From Planctomycetota bacterium (GTDB taxonomy: Bacteria; Planctomycetota; UBA8108; UBA1146; JAKEFC01), in NCBI GenBank assembly GCA_022616235.1, contig JAKEFC010000080.1, forward strand, positions 1 to 50,007: 50,007 bases of DNA, given 5' to 3'. A program made the position numbers and the translations under genes. The notes beneath the pieces are model-generated. The model searched no databases. It saw nothing but the letters and a program-made list of their open reading frames with translations, and was not told where the DNA came from. This document shows, in pieces, positions 17,845 to 27,784 of this stretch. Numbering within the stretch: the first letter of the stretch is position 1; the number at the start of each line of letters is the position of its first letter.

Positions 17845-19755
17845 CTACTTCTGCTCGTCGCCGGGGGTTTCCTCCTCGCCTTCGGACGGCGCCGGCGACT
17901 TCTCTTCCGGCTTGCCGTACTTCTTCAGGAAGTAGTCGTACTTCTCCGCCTCCGCGATCGCCTCCTGATAGAGCGCGTCGGACATCTCCGTGTTCGCGAT
18001 CACCTTCGGCGTAATCAGAATCATGAGGTGCTGCACCGTGGAGGTCTTGCTCTTCCAGCGGAATAGATTCCCGAGGATCGGAATGCTCGAGATCACCGGC
18101 ACTTTCGTCTCGGCCTCGACCTTGGTCTCCGTGTGGAGCCCGCCGATGATCGCGGTGTGGCCGCTTTGCACGCGCAGGTACGTCACGACGGTCTGCGCGG
18201 ATTCCCTTGGCAGATCGATGAAGTTGACGTTCGTGCTGCCCGCCAGCGCGAACTGGAAGCGATCGAATCCGCCGACGGGAGAGGTGGTCCCGGTCAACGT
18301 GCTCACCTTCGGAATCACGTTGATGTGCACCGTATCCGTCCCCGGGATCACGTGCGGCGAAATGTAGAGGGTGAAGCCGACGTTGATCGGCGACCGGTCG
18401 TTCTCATCGATCTCCACCTGCACGTTGCCGTTCTGGTCGGTCTTGACGCGTTGTACGGCGAACGGCACGGAGTCGCCTACGAAGATCGTCGACGGGTGGT
18501 TGTCGAGCGTGGTCAAGCTCGGCTTCTGTATGACCTTCGAGTTCTCATCGTCCTTGACCATCTTGAGGAGGATTTGGGTCTGCGTGAAATCGAGCACGCC
18601 GAGCGCCGCGAAGCCGCTGCGTAGTGTCTCCCACCTGCCGAGGTCGAATGGATAGGTGCCGCCGCGCTCGAGCTTCGGGTTGAGGACTCCCGCGAAGGAC
18701 TCGCGCGCCCCTACCGTGGTGAGCGGCTCCGGCGCGGACATCACGATCTCGACCCCTTCGCGCGCCGGCGTCCCTGGCAGGTCGAACTTGAGTCCGGTCT
18801 CGAGGATGTCGTCGTTCGAAGTCGAGATGAACGTCACGTCGACTTGCACGAGCACCGGCTCCACGTCGAGCTCCGAAATGATGTGCTCGATCTCGGCGAG
18901 ACTTGGCGCCACATCCTTCACGATCAGCGTGTTCGTCTCGATGTCGAAGTCCATTTCGCCGCTGTCCGAGAGCGCCTTACGCAGCGCTTTGAGCAGGGTG
19001 AATTCGTCTTCCGGTTGCAGCTCCGTCTTGCCGTAGCGGTCGATGGACTGCTTCTCGATGTCCTTCATGACCGCGAGGTAGCGCTCCGGCGGCCGCACGT
19101 ACTTGAGGCGGAACACTCGCGTCTCGAGCTGCTCCTTGAGCGTCTCGGGGCGCACGACGCGAATGATGTCGGTCACGCCTTCGGTGTCCTGGACGGTCAC
19201 GTACCCTGCGGTCTTGACGATCGTGTCCAGCGCATCGCGCCACGGCACGTCGCGCAGGGACAGACTGATCTTCCCCTCGACATCCGAGGAAACGACGATG
19301 TTGGCTCCGCTTTGCTTCGCGAGCAGCTCCAGCACCGCGTTCAGGTCCGCGTCCTTGAATTCGATGCTGATCGGAGGCGGCTGAATGAAGCGAATGAACC
19401 GCGCGCTCTCGTAGATGATCTTGCAGTGCGTTTGGCGCGCGATCACTTCGAGCGCCTTACGCCACTCGATCGAGTCGAGGTTGACGGTCACCGTCTCGTC
19501 GATCTCGGGGTCCGCCACGATGTTCATGTCCACCTGGCGCCCGATCCCCTGCAGCACGTCGCGCAGCGGCTTCTCGCGCACGTCGATCGTGATGTAGTCC
19601 AACGTGTCTGTGCGGCGAGGCCGTCCCTGGAGCACGACGTCTCCGGCGTTCTCCTGGGCACCAACGGGATTCGGCGCCGCGCCAGGCGTGAAGAGGCACG
19701 TCAGTGCCGCAAGGCTTGCCAGGCACCGCACGGAAAAACGGAACTTCGAGAACAT
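17845..19755 (-). CDS. pilQ: Type IV pilus / T2SS secretin (PilQ-like)
   Basis: Signal peptide; two STN/N0-like repeats (VPWRDALDTI); N3; secretin core (PSLTTLDN, IIGGL, KVPVISSIPILGNLF, LMILITP); GGAGG RBS. Confidence 0.9.
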   Translation of the reverse strand: MFSKFRFSVRCLASLAALTCLFTPGAAPNPVGAQENAGDVVLQGRPRRTDTLDYITIDVREKPLRDVLQGIGRQVDMNIVADPEIDETVTVNLDSIEWRKALEVIARQTHCKIIYESARFIRFIQPPPISIEFKDADLNAVLELLAKQSGANIVVSSDVEGKISLSLRDVPWRDALDTIVKTAGYVTVQDTEGVTDIIRVVRPETLKEQLETRVFRLKYVRPPERYLAVMKDIEKQSIDRYGKTELQPEDEFTLLKALRKALSDSGEMDFDIETNTLIVKDVAPSLAEIEHIISELDVEPVLVQVDVTFISTSNDDILETGLKFDLPGTPAREGVEIVMSAPEPLTTVGARESFAGVLNPKLERGGTYPFDLGRWETLRSGFAALGVLDFTQTQILLKMVKDDENSKVIQKPSLTTLDNHPSTIFVGDSVPFAVQRVKTDQNGNVQVEIDENDRSPINVGFTLYISPHVIPGTDTVHINVIPKVSTLTGTTSPVGGFDRFQFALAGSTNVNFIDLPRESAQTVVTYLRVQSGHTAIIGGLHTETKVEAETKVPVISSIPILGNLFRWKSKTSTVQHLMILITPKVIANTEMSDALYQEAIAEAEKYDYFLKKYGKPEEKSPAPSEGEEETPGDEQK

Positions 19756-20089
19756 TCAAACCTCCCGACGGAAATGCGCTTCGTTCACGTTGGCCGCCCG
19801 TACCGTTTTGGCGGCAAGGCCAGAAAGTATTTGTCTATCGGGAGCTAGGGGGCCGGACTTGAAATCAAGTTCCAGATTGGTGGAATCCACCCGCCTGGGA
19901 GCGAGCATCTCGGCGTGTTCTGCGGGCCGCGAGAGCGAGGAATCCGCGGCGAATGCGTGGGTGAAGAGGAGTGCGATGACCGCACGGACGGCGGCGTGCG
20001 GCGGCAAATCAACGAATCAGGGCCTGCGCGGCCGCGGCTCGTCTCCGCGGCGGCGCAGGCCCTTGGGAGCCCGCTTCGGCGATTTCCGA

Positions 20090-21601
20090 CTAGTAGTACC
20101 GGAAGAAGAGCGGGACGCACTCTCCCTTGAAGAGCATGAGCACCCGGTGGGGCTCGATCTTGACGACGCGCAGGTCTTCCAGGCTCTCTCCGACCTTGAG
20201 CAAGCGGTCGTTGATGATCACGAAGCTCGCCTTGTCGTCGGAAACGATGCCTTGGATTTCGAGCGGCTTCGCGTTGAATTCCGCGCGAATCTTCGCCTTG
20301 CGCAGCCACTCATCCGCGACTTCCATTACCTTCACGGAAACCTCGCGGAATTCCTCGTTGATGTCGTTCATCGCCGAGGCGATCTCGCGCACCTCCGCAT
20401 AAAGCGCTTCTACCTGCGCGAAGTCCTCGTTGCGAAACGCGCCGCGCATGTCGTCGATCTTGAGCTGCGCCTGTCCGTAGAAGTACTTGAGGCGAATCTC
20501 CTGGATGCGCGACTCGATCTCCTCCTTGCGGGCGATGATCTGCCGGAATTCGGCGCGGAAGATCGGCACGGACATGCGGTTCACGTGCGGGGTGATCTTG
20601 AGGAGATCCGTATACGCCTTCATGGCGCGATCCTCGTCGTCCTGCGCGAGGGCCCTCTCGATAGCCGCGAGCAGCCGCCGCGCTTCTTCGACGACCTGCT
20701 CCTGCTTCGCGGGGGTCCACCGCGTGGTCGCAGAGACTTCGACCTCTTCCTTGATCTCTTCCGCCCTTTGGAAGCGGCGCGTCATCGGGTCGACGATCGA
20801 GCTGAAGTCGATTTCGTACCGCTCGAGCTTGAGGGCGAGCTTGATGACCTCGGTGTCCTTCTGATACGGCTTCATGCTCTCGAAGTTTTCGATCGCGCGC
20901 ATCAAGTTGAGGCCGCTCTCCGCCGCTGCCCTCATGTGCGCGAGGACCTTCGTGCGGTCGCCACCGTTGGCGTTCGCCGCGGCATAGGACTCGGCAATCA
21001 GGAGATGTCCGATTGCGGTGTTGCCGGCCAGGTCGAGGTAATCCTGATACTTGCGGCGCGCTTCATCGTTGTTGCCGGCCTTGTGAAAGAGGAGTCCGAG
21101 CGCGAGTTGGAAGTCCGCTTCGAAGGGGCGCAGCACGACGAGCTGCTTCACGTCCTCGACGGCGAATTTCCAGCGCTTGAGGTCGATGTTGCGCTGGGCG
21201 CTGCGAACCAGCTCTTTGATCCGCCGGTCGTCCTCCAACGAGACCGCGCCGTCGGGATTCGTCTTCACGAGGTCTGAGCCGGCGGCAGTGTCCGTTTGTT
21301 CGGCGTCTGCCGCGTTCTCGTCGCTCGCGGTCGGATCGGCCGTTTCCACGCCCGGAGGCGTGACGCCGCCGGCCGGCGGCGCCGCGCCCGGCGCGCCCGC
21401 GTCGGGCGCTGCCGAAGTCGCCGGCTCGACCGGCGCCGGAGGCGCGGCCGGAGTTGCAGGCGCGGTCGGCGCTGGGGTCGGTTCGGCGGGCGTAGCTTGC
21501 GCCTCGGGTTCGACGGGAAGCTCGATCGGGGCATCCTGGGCAGACAGCGGCGCCGACAGCGCCAGGATCGCTACGAGGGTCAGTCTGCTCATGGCGCTCA
21601 C
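20090..21601 (-). CDS. Exported TPR-repeat protein with C-terminal PilP/GspB/GspC-HR-like domain
   Basis: Signal peptide, Pro/Ala linker, TPR-like helices, C-terminal LEIQGIV..VIINDRLLKVGE..VVKIEPHRV; occupies the pilP position. Start may be ATG 21592. Confidence 0.75.
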   Translation of the reverse strand: MSAMSRLTLVAILALSAPLSAQDAPIELPVEPEAQATPAEPTPAPTAPATPAAPPAPVEPATSAAPDAGAPGAAPPAGGVTPPGVETADPTASDENAADAEQTDTAAGSDLVKTNPDGAVSLEDDRRIKELVRSAQRNIDLKRWKFAVEDVKQLVVLRPFEADFQLALGLLFHKAGNNDEARRKYQDYLDLAGNTAIGHLLIAESYAAANANGGDRTKVLAHMRAAAESGLNLMRAIENFESMKPYQKDTEVIKLALKLERYEIDFSSIVDPMTRRFQRAEEIKEEVEVSATTRWTPAKQEQVVEEARRLLAAIERALAQDDEDRAMKAYTDLLKITPHVNRMSVPIFRAEFRQIIARKEEIESRIQEIRLKYFYGQAQLKIDDMRGAFRNEDFAQVEALYAEVREIASAMNDINEEFREVSVKVMEVADEWLRKAKIRAEFNAKPLEIQGIVSDDKASFVIINDRLLKVGESLEDLRVVKIEPHRVLMLFKGECVPLFFRYY

Positions 21602-21602
21602 G

Positions 21603-22247
21603 TTACTTCGCCTCCTCGGCGCTCGGGGGGGTCGGTGTTGGTTTGGAGTACGTATAGGTCGAAATGACCAAGCTGATCGACTTCACTTCGTTTTCGGCGA
21701 GCTGCGCGTCGTTCTGCTTGTCCTTGGAGCCGAGCGGCTTGACTTCGAAGGAATCGACGCGCAGGAATCGCACGTGGTTCTCCATCAGGTTGATGAACTT
21801 GAGGAGCCCGAGGAACGTGCCTTCCATCTCGAATCGATACTTGTGCCGTACGAAGTTGCTCTTCACCTTGACGGTCTTCTCGGACTTCTTGTTATCTTTT
21901 TTCTCGACGATGGCCTCCGGCGTGACACCGAGGACTTTCACGCCCGTTCCCCGCAGGAACTCGTAGATCTCCTCGAGAAACGCCTCGTCGCGCACTTCGC
22001 GGTCGCTCGGCAGGATCTGAGCGTATTCCTCGATGATCGCGGCCAGCTCCTGCGACTTCGACTTCAATTCCGGAATCTGCTTGATCTTCTTTTGCGCGTC
22101 CTGCTCCTCTTTGTCCAACTTGTCCAGCGTTACGATGCGTTCCCCGCGCTCCGCGTAGCAGAAGTAGCCGAACACGCCCTCGCCGATTATGCACAGGGCA
22201 AAGACGCCGATCAGAACGAGCATCTGTTGCTTTTCGTTGAGTCGCAC
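21603..22247 (-). CDS. pilO: Type IV pilus assembly protein PilO
   Basis: TM, coiled coil, ILPSDREV, GTFLGLLKFINLMEN..RFLRV; follows pilN. Confidence 0.85.
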   Translation of the reverse strand: MRLNEKQQMLVLIGVFALCIIGEGVFGYFCYAERGERIVTLDKLDKEEQDAQKKIKQIPELKSKSQELAAIIEEYAQILPSDREVRDEAFLEEIYEFLRGTGVKVLGVTPEAIVEKKDNKKSEKTVKVKSNFVRHKYRFEMEGTFLGLLKFINLMENHVRFLRVDSFEVKPLGSKDKQNDAQLAENEVKSISLVISTYTYSKPTPTPPSAEEAK

Positions 22248-22248
22248 G

Positions 22249-22980
22249 TTACTTGCCCTTCTTCTTTGCCGGCCTCGCGGGCTTGGCCTTTGCATCCGCG
22301 ACGACCGGCTCCGCCGGCTTCTCGATCAGAGTGCGGATATCCATGTCGAGTTGGAATCGGTTCGCTTGCGGCTCGGCGTAACCCGGCAGCTCGACCAACT
22401 CCCACGACGGCGGCAGGAACCGGAGGAACTCGCCGAAGAAGTTGTCGGGCTGGGCGCGCAGCTCCACCATGTCCTTGTAGAACCGCTTCTCGCCCGAGAG
22501 CGCCTTACGAAAATTCATGATCGGCAGGGGATCCTTCCCCTGCGCGTAGCAGGTCAGGCTGAGCCTTCCGCCCGTCTGCTCCTTGTGCTTCTCCCACTTG
22601 TATTCCGTCACGTCCGGAGTGTTCATCGTAATGTCGGTGATCCAGACGTTCGACGGGGTCAGCTCCGCCAACTTCGCGAGCTTCGCCGACCACAAGATCC
22701 GGTGCGACTTGATCTGGATGATCGCCTTCTCGCGCTCCTTGTAAAAAGCGATGTCTTCGTTGATGCGATCGACCTCGTAGGCCTTCTCCTTGACGAGGTC
22801 CACTTCGATCTTGCGGCTCTCTACACGGTCGCGCAGCGAGAGCACGTTCCAGTACATGAAGATCATGACCACGCCGAGCACGAGGGTCGCAGCGACACCG
22901 CCGGCGAGACCGAAGAAGAGGCCCTTGGGCGTGCTGGCTGCCCGCTGTAGCTCCTCTGGAAGCAGGTTGATTCGGATCAC
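22249..22980 (-). CDS. pilN: Type IV pilus assembly protein PilN
   Basis: IRINLLP PilM-binding motif, TM, coiled coil, PSNVWIT. Confidence 0.9.
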   Translation of the reverse strand: MIRINLLPEELQRAASTPKGLFFGLAGGVAATLVLGVVMIFMYWNVLSLRDRVESRKIEVDLVKEKAYEVDRINEDIAFYKEREKAIIQIKSHRILWSAKLAKLAELTPSNVWITDITMNTPDVTEYKWEKHKEQTGGRLSLTCYAQGKDPLPIMNFRKALSGEKRFYKDMVELRAQPDNFFGEFLRFLPPSWELVELPGYAEPQANRFQLDMDIRTLIEKPAEPVVADAKAKPARPAKKKGK

Positions 22981-23013
22981 GCGTCGCGCAACCTTTCGTC
23001 GAGTTTGCTAACG

Positions 23014-24054
23014 TTATGCCGGATCCAACAAGCGGGCGCCGAGACCGATCGCCACCGGCAACTGGCTCGCGTGCGCTTTCAACTCCTCGGGGTCGATGCG
23101 ATCCCCGCGGAGCTCGAGATTCTCGGTCGGATCCCAGAATTGAATCTTGCGGTCGAAAACGCGCTCGAACACGGTCTGAAGTCCCGGTGTACGGACGCAC
23201 CCGCCGGAGACGAAGATCTCCCCCACTTCACGGTCGAATTGGTTCTCGAAGTAGTCGAAGGACAGGTGGATCTCGTTCGCCAAATCGTCGAGATTCGTCG
23301 TCAAGGCTTCTTCCAGTTCCGCCTCGCGCCCTTGCGGATTCCGCTTCAAGTCCTCGGCCTCCGTCGTCTCGATGGCAAGCCGGCGCGCCACCGCCTCGGT
23401 CAAGTCGTTTCCGCCGAGGTAGACTTCGCGCGAAAAATAGGTCGTGTTACCGAGGAGAATGCTGATGTTCGTCTTCGTGGCGCCGACATCCACGAGCGCC
23501 ACGACCTCCTGTCGCTCTTCGACGCGCGAGCTGTAGCGATTGCGAAGCTCGAAGGCGTTACCGAGCGCGAAGGTGTCGACGTCGACGACCACCGGAATCA
23601 ATCCGATGTCCTGGATCATGCGCACATGGTCGTGTACCAGCGATTTCTTCGCCGCGACCATCAGCACTTTCATCTCTTTGTCGCCCTCTTCCGCGCTCGA
23701 GGCGATCTCCTCGAGCTTGTGTCCATCGAGCGCGACTTCCTCGATGTCGAATGGAATATACTTGTCCGCTTCGAAGCGAAGTGCGCCTTTAATCTCCGAC
23801 TCCGTCATGAGCGGCAGATTGATGTATCGAGCGACGACCGAGCGACCGGACACCGCGGTCGCCACGCGGCGCGTCTTGATGCCGGCGTTGCGGAGCACTT
23901 CTATGATCGTTTCGCCGATTTGGTCCGGCGCCTGCACCCGCGCGGATCCGAATCCGGTGATCTTGAGATTGCCGCCGGAATTCGTCAGTTCTACGGCCTT
24001 GATCTCGCTCGTTCCGACGTCGAGGCCAACGATCGATTTCTTCCTCGCAAACAT
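23014..24054 (-). CDS. pilM: Type IV pilus assembly protein PilM
   Basis: VGLDVGTSEIKAVEL, EADKYIPF, LVDVGATKT, VAIGL; actin-like ATPase fold. Confidence 0.93.
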   Translation of the reverse strand: MFARKKSIVGLDVGTSEIKAVELTNSGGNLKITGFGSARVQAPDQIGETIIEVLRNAGIKTRRVATAVSGRSVVARYINLPLMTESEIKGALRFEADKYIPFDIEEVALDGHKLEEIASSAEEGDKEMKVLMVAAKKSLVHDHVRMIQDIGLIPVVVDVDTFALGNAFELRNRYSSRVEERQEVVALVDVGATKTNISILLGNTTYFSREVYLGGNDLTEAVARRLAIETTEAEDLKRNPQGREAELEEALTTNLDDLANEIHLSFDYFENQFDREVGEIFVSGGCVRTPGLQTVFERVFDRKIQFWDPTENLELRGDRIDPEELKAHASQLPVAIGLGARLLDPA

Positions 24055-24335
24055 ATCACCACGCCTTCGGAAGGGTGCGTATTGCCGCCGCCGGCCGCGT
24101 GGCCGGCGCCAAATGGAACGTAAACTATTCGTGGGACAGCGTAAGATGTCTCCCGTGAAGTATAGGACTACCCACCAAAAAACGTCAAACACGGTCGAAT
24201 GCCCGACACGATTCGGCGCGGAGCGAACTTGCGCACGTGGACATGCGCGCGCTTGCTGGGATGCGCGCGTCCGATAAATTCGCGTACGAGTGCGCAGGGC
24301 GGAATTGCAACGAACCGAAGAGGTGAAAGCGGCCT

Positions 24336-24510
24336 AGAGCCTATCCCAAAACCTCGCCTGGCTTCGGTCGGCTGTGAAGCGCGCGCGCGGCGTCGAGCCT
24401 CATCGCCGTATTTCTCCATCAATACGACTCTTCGGCTCTTCTTGCGCGCGTGCTTCTCGCTCGACCCCGAATGCTCCAGGTGATGGCCAACGGCGATGTT
24501 ATTGGGCTCT
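24336..24510. mobile_element. MITE-like element, copy A (non-autonomous, no ORF)
   Basis: Left end CT|AGAGCCTATCC, degenerate right end GGGCTCT|TA; colinear and highly similar to 26249-26431. Confidence 0.7.
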
Positions 24511-26246
24511 TACCAGCCCGTGTCGGGCAAGTAGTCGCGTGCCCAGGATCGAAGGAGGGCCGCGATCTCCATGCCATCTGCGAGTCCGGAGCACTGCGCC
24601 GCGAGCCGCACGGCGTCATAGACTTGAATGGAGCGGACGATGCGCCGCACTTCCGGAATCATGGGCGGGCTCACGCTCAAGCGCCGATAGCCGAGTCCGA
24701 TAAGCAAGGGAATATAGAGTCGCTCGGACGCCATTTCCCCGCAAATGGAGACTTCGATCCCGGCGCGGTCCCCGGCGGCGAGGCTCGCCGCAAGCAGGCG
24801 CAGCACGGCCGGGTGGACCGGGTCGTACAGCGCCGCGACGTGCTCGTTGCCGCGGTCGACCGCGAGCGTGTATTGCACCAAGTCGTTAGTGCCGATGCTG
24901 AAGAATTGCACGTGCCGCGCAACTTGATCGGCGGTAATCGCGAGGGATGGGACTTCGACCATCACTCCCACGGGAATCTCGGTATCGAACTGCTCCCCGT
25001 TTTGCCGCAGCTCTTCCTTCACCTGCTCGAAGAAGCCGACCGCTCGTTCGACGTCTCCGACCGAGCCGACCATGGGGAACATGATCTTCACTCGCCCGAA
25101 CATGCTCGCGCGCAAGATGGCCCGCAACTGCTCGCGGAATAGCTCGGGATTGGCGAAGCAATAGCGAATCGATCGGCAACCCAAGAATGGGTTCTCCTCG
25201 CGCTGGTCCTCCGCGCGTTCGAGCCCCTTGTCGCCGCCGAGATCCAGGGTGCGGATCGTCACGGGGCGGTCCCCCACTTCCTTGAGAACCCTCTGATAGT
25301 GTTGTAGGTGCCAGGCTTCGCCCCCGCGCGGCTTCTGGAAGTGAATGAACTCGGTCCGCAAGAGCCCGATCCCCGCGGCGCCGAGCGCCATCGCCGCGTG
25401 AACTTCCTGCGGCAACTCGACGTTTGCTTGCAGCTCCACTCGATGTCCGTCGATCGTCTCGGAAGGGAGCGTCGTCTCCTTGCGCAATCGTCGCGCGACT
25501 TTGTGCACGTTCGCTTCGCGGGCGCGGTAGTCGCGCAGCGTGGCGTCATCCGGGTCGACGATCACGAGCCCGCGAAAGCCGTCGATGATCACGGTGTCTC
25601 CCGCGATCACGGCGGTCGAAATTTCCTCGAGCGCGACGACCGCCGGAATCCCGAGCGCGCGCGCCATGATGGCGGTGTGGGAGGTCTTGCCCCCCACATC
25701 CATCGCGAATCCGCGGACCCATTTCGAGTCGAGCTTGGCCGCCTGCGCGGGAGTCAGGTTGTGGGCGATCACCACGACCTCGCGGTCCAACTCCTGCATC
25801 GTGTCCAGGCGCGATCCGAGCAACGTGGAGAGCAGCAGCTTCTCGATGTCATAGAGGTCGTGGACGCGTTCCGCGATGATCGGCGAGTCCATCACTTCGA
25901 ATTTCTTGATGTAGCGGCTCATGGTGCGGGCAACGGCGTGCTCTGCCGTGTACTGCTTCTGGCGGATGAGCGACAGGATCTCGTTCTTGAGAACCGGGTC
26001 TCCGAGCAGGGTCTTGTGGATCTCGAGGATCTGCGCGTTAATGCCGCGATCCCCGCCCATGCGCTCGATCTCGCGCTGTAAGCTTTGCTCCGCCGCCCGC
26101 ACCCCCTCCTCGTAGCGAGCAGCCTCCGCCTCCACGCGCTCGCTCTCGATGAAACGCTGCGGGATGTGAATCTCTTCCGTGTCGAGGATCATGGCCTCGC
26201 GGATCGCAATGCCGGGAGAGACCGGGATGCCTTTGCGGGTTTCCAT
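24510..26246 (-). CDS. ptsI: PEP-protein phosphotransferase (PTS Enzyme I)
   Basis: GGKTSHTAIMAR (phospho-His), GLLRTEF, RTLDLGGDK, FSIGTNDLVQY, ICGEMA; no GAF domain. Confidence 0.96.
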   Translation of the reverse strand: METRKGIPVSPGIAIREAMILDTEEIHIPQRFIESERVEAEAARYEEGVRAAEQSLQREIERMGGDRGINAQILEIHKTLLGDPVLKNEILSLIRQKQYTAEHAVARTMSRYIKKFEVMDSPIIAERVHDLYDIEKLLLSTLLGSRLDTMQELDREVVVIAHNLTPAQAAKLDSKWVRGFAMDVGGKTSHTAIMARALGIPAVVALEEISTAVIAGDTVIIDGFRGLVIVDPDDATLRDYRAREANVHKVARRLRKETTLPSETIDGHRVELQANVELPQEVHAAMALGAAGIGLLRTEFIHFQKPRGGEAWHLQHYQRVLKEVGDRPVTIRTLDLGGDKGLERAEDQREENPFLGCRSIRYCFANPELFREQLRAILRASMFGRVKIMFPMVGSVGDVERAVGFFEQVKEELRQNGEQFDTEIPVGVMVEVPSLAITADQVARHVQFFSIGTNDLVQYTLAVDRGNEHVAALYDPVHPAVLRLLAASLAAGDRAGIEVSICGEMASERLYIPLLIGLGYRRLSVSPPMIPEVRRIVRSIQVYDAVRLAAQCSGLADGMEIAALLRSWARDYLPDTGW

Positions 26247-26248
26247 CT

Positions 26249-26431
26249 AGAGCCTATCCAAAAAAAACCTCTCCTGGCTTCGGTCGGCTGCGAGGCGCGC
26301 CCACGGCGTCGAACCTCATCGCCGTATTTTTCCATTAGTACGACTCTTCGGCTCTCCTTGTGAGCGCACCTCTCGCTCGACCCCAATGGCTCAGGTCATA
26401 GGCCAACGGAGCGGTTATTTGGACAGGCTCT
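26249..26431. mobile_element. MITE-like element, copy B
   Basis: Terminal inverted repeats AGAGCCTATCCAAA / TTTGGACAGGCTCT (1 mismatch in 14), flanked by CT and TA; no ORF. Confidence 0.75.
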
Positions 26432-26498
26432 TATCTTGCGCTCTTGGGTGCAAGTCCCAACTTGGCGCCCGCTTTCGGTCGAGTTTCGCTTGCTGCCG

Positions 26499-26777
26499 CT
26501 AGACGCCGAAGAAATCGCGCTTGATGAGATCGCTCAGCACATCCATCGCTTGCTCGGCATCGTCGCCGATGATTCGAAGCGTCACCTGGTCGCCTTGCTG
26601 CACGCCGAGCGTGAGGAGCTGCAGCACGCTTTTCGCATCGACCTCCTCGCCGGCATCGCGCGACATGTAGACTTGAGAAGCGAAATCCTGAGCGCGCTGG
26701 ACGAACACAGTCGATGCGCGGGCGTGCAGCCCGTACTTGTGCGTAATCGGGATCGTGCGCGCAAGCTCCTTGCTCAT
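26499..26777 (-). CDS. ptsH: Phosphocarrier protein HPr
   Basis: GLHARAS (His15) and VDAKSVLQLL (Ser46); ATGA overlap with yvcK. Confidence 0.95.
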   Translation of the reverse strand: MSKELARTIPITHKYGLHARASTVFVQRAQDFASQVYMSRDAGEEVDAKSVLQLLTLGVQQGDQVTLRIIGDDAEQAMDVLSDLIKRDFFGV

Positions 26778-27784
26778 GCAGCCGAACCGCCGTTCCCGTT
26801 CCGGCTCTCGAAGTGCTCCGCGATGATGCGCGCAAGCGCTTCCGGAGCGTGCCGGATCGATGCCGCCGCGCGGTCCAAGAGATCCGCAGAAACGATTTCG
26901 ATTCCCGCCGCTTCCGCCACGCGCTCGAATCCAGCGACGGGATACGCACCCTCCGCCGCGTATCGGCCGAGCAATTCCGGCGGAATCGCGCCGCGATGGA
27001 CAACGACTCCCGAAAGAAAACTCGCGCCGGCGTGGATCTCGAGCGCACGCAGGTGTCCCGCGAGATCGAGGTCGGTGGTCTCCCCCGGCTGGGTCATGAT
27101 GTTCGCGACGTAGACCTTGGCACACGGATTCGCGAGAATCTCGCGGCGAATCCCTTCCACGAGCAAATTCGGAATCACGCTGGTAAAGAGGCTGCCCGGC
27201 CCGAAGACCATCAACTCGGCAGCGCGGATCGCCGCGGCGACATCCGGCTCGATCGCATGAACGCGCGGGCGAATCTCCACTCTTTCGATCGGCTTTCTCG
27301 AGCGCGCGATCTGCACTTCGCCCGTCGACTTCGATCCGTCCGCGTGGTGCGCGATCAACGAGATCTTGTGCCCCGTCGCCGGCAGCACTTTCCCGCGGAC
27401 GTGCAGCATGCGGTTCAACTCGCGCACCGCCACGTCGAAGCTCCCCGTGACGCGCGTCAGCGCCGTGATGAATAGGTTGCCGAAGCTGTGTCCGGCCAGC
27501 TCCGATTCTTCGAAGCGGTATTCGAGCAAGCGGCTGAGGAGCGGCTCTCCTTCCGCCAGCGCGAGCAGACAGTTGCGAATGTCCCCCGGCGGCACCATGT
27601 CGAATTCTTTGCGCAGCCGTCCGGAGGAGCCGCCGTTGTCCGTCACGGTGACGATGGCGGTGATGTTCGGAGAGATCCGCTTCAGGCCGGACACGAGACA
27701 GGAGATCCCGGTGCCGCCGCCGAATGCGACGATGCGCGGCGCCGAGCGAGGCTCGCCCTCCTGCCGCCTATTGGGGGCTTTCAT
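26774..27784 (-). CDS. yvcK: YvcK/UPF0052 gluconeogenesis factor family protein
   Basis: FGGGTG, VTDNGGSSGRLR, PPGDIRNCL, GHSFGNL, GPGSLFTSVIPNL, NIMTQPGET. Confidence 0.93.
   Translation of the reverse strand: MKAPNRRQEGEPRSAPRIVAFGGGTGISCLVSGLKRISPNITAIVTVTDNGGSSGRLRKEFDMVPPGDIRNCLLALAEGEPLLSRLLEYRFEESELAGHSFGNLFITALTRVTGSFDVAVRELNRMLHVRGKVLPATGHKISLIAHHADGSKSTGEVQIARSRKPIERVEIRPRVHAIEPDVAAAIRAAELMVFGPGSLFTSVIPNLLVEGIRREILANPCAKVYVANIMTQPGETTDLDLAGHLRALEIHAGASFLSGVVVHRGAIPPELLGRYAAEGAYPVAGFERVAEAAGIEIVSADLLDRAAASIRHAPEALARIIAEHFESRNGNGGSAA

Noticed and set aside
19756-20007. 83-aa - strand ORF upstream of the secretin
   Set aside because: No SD or motif and atypical composition; more likely regulatory spacer.
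24168-24483. Similar short ORFs at 24168-24422 / 24199-24483 and 26085-26363 / 26189-26386
   Set aside because: They are translations of the MITE-like repeat, not independent genes.
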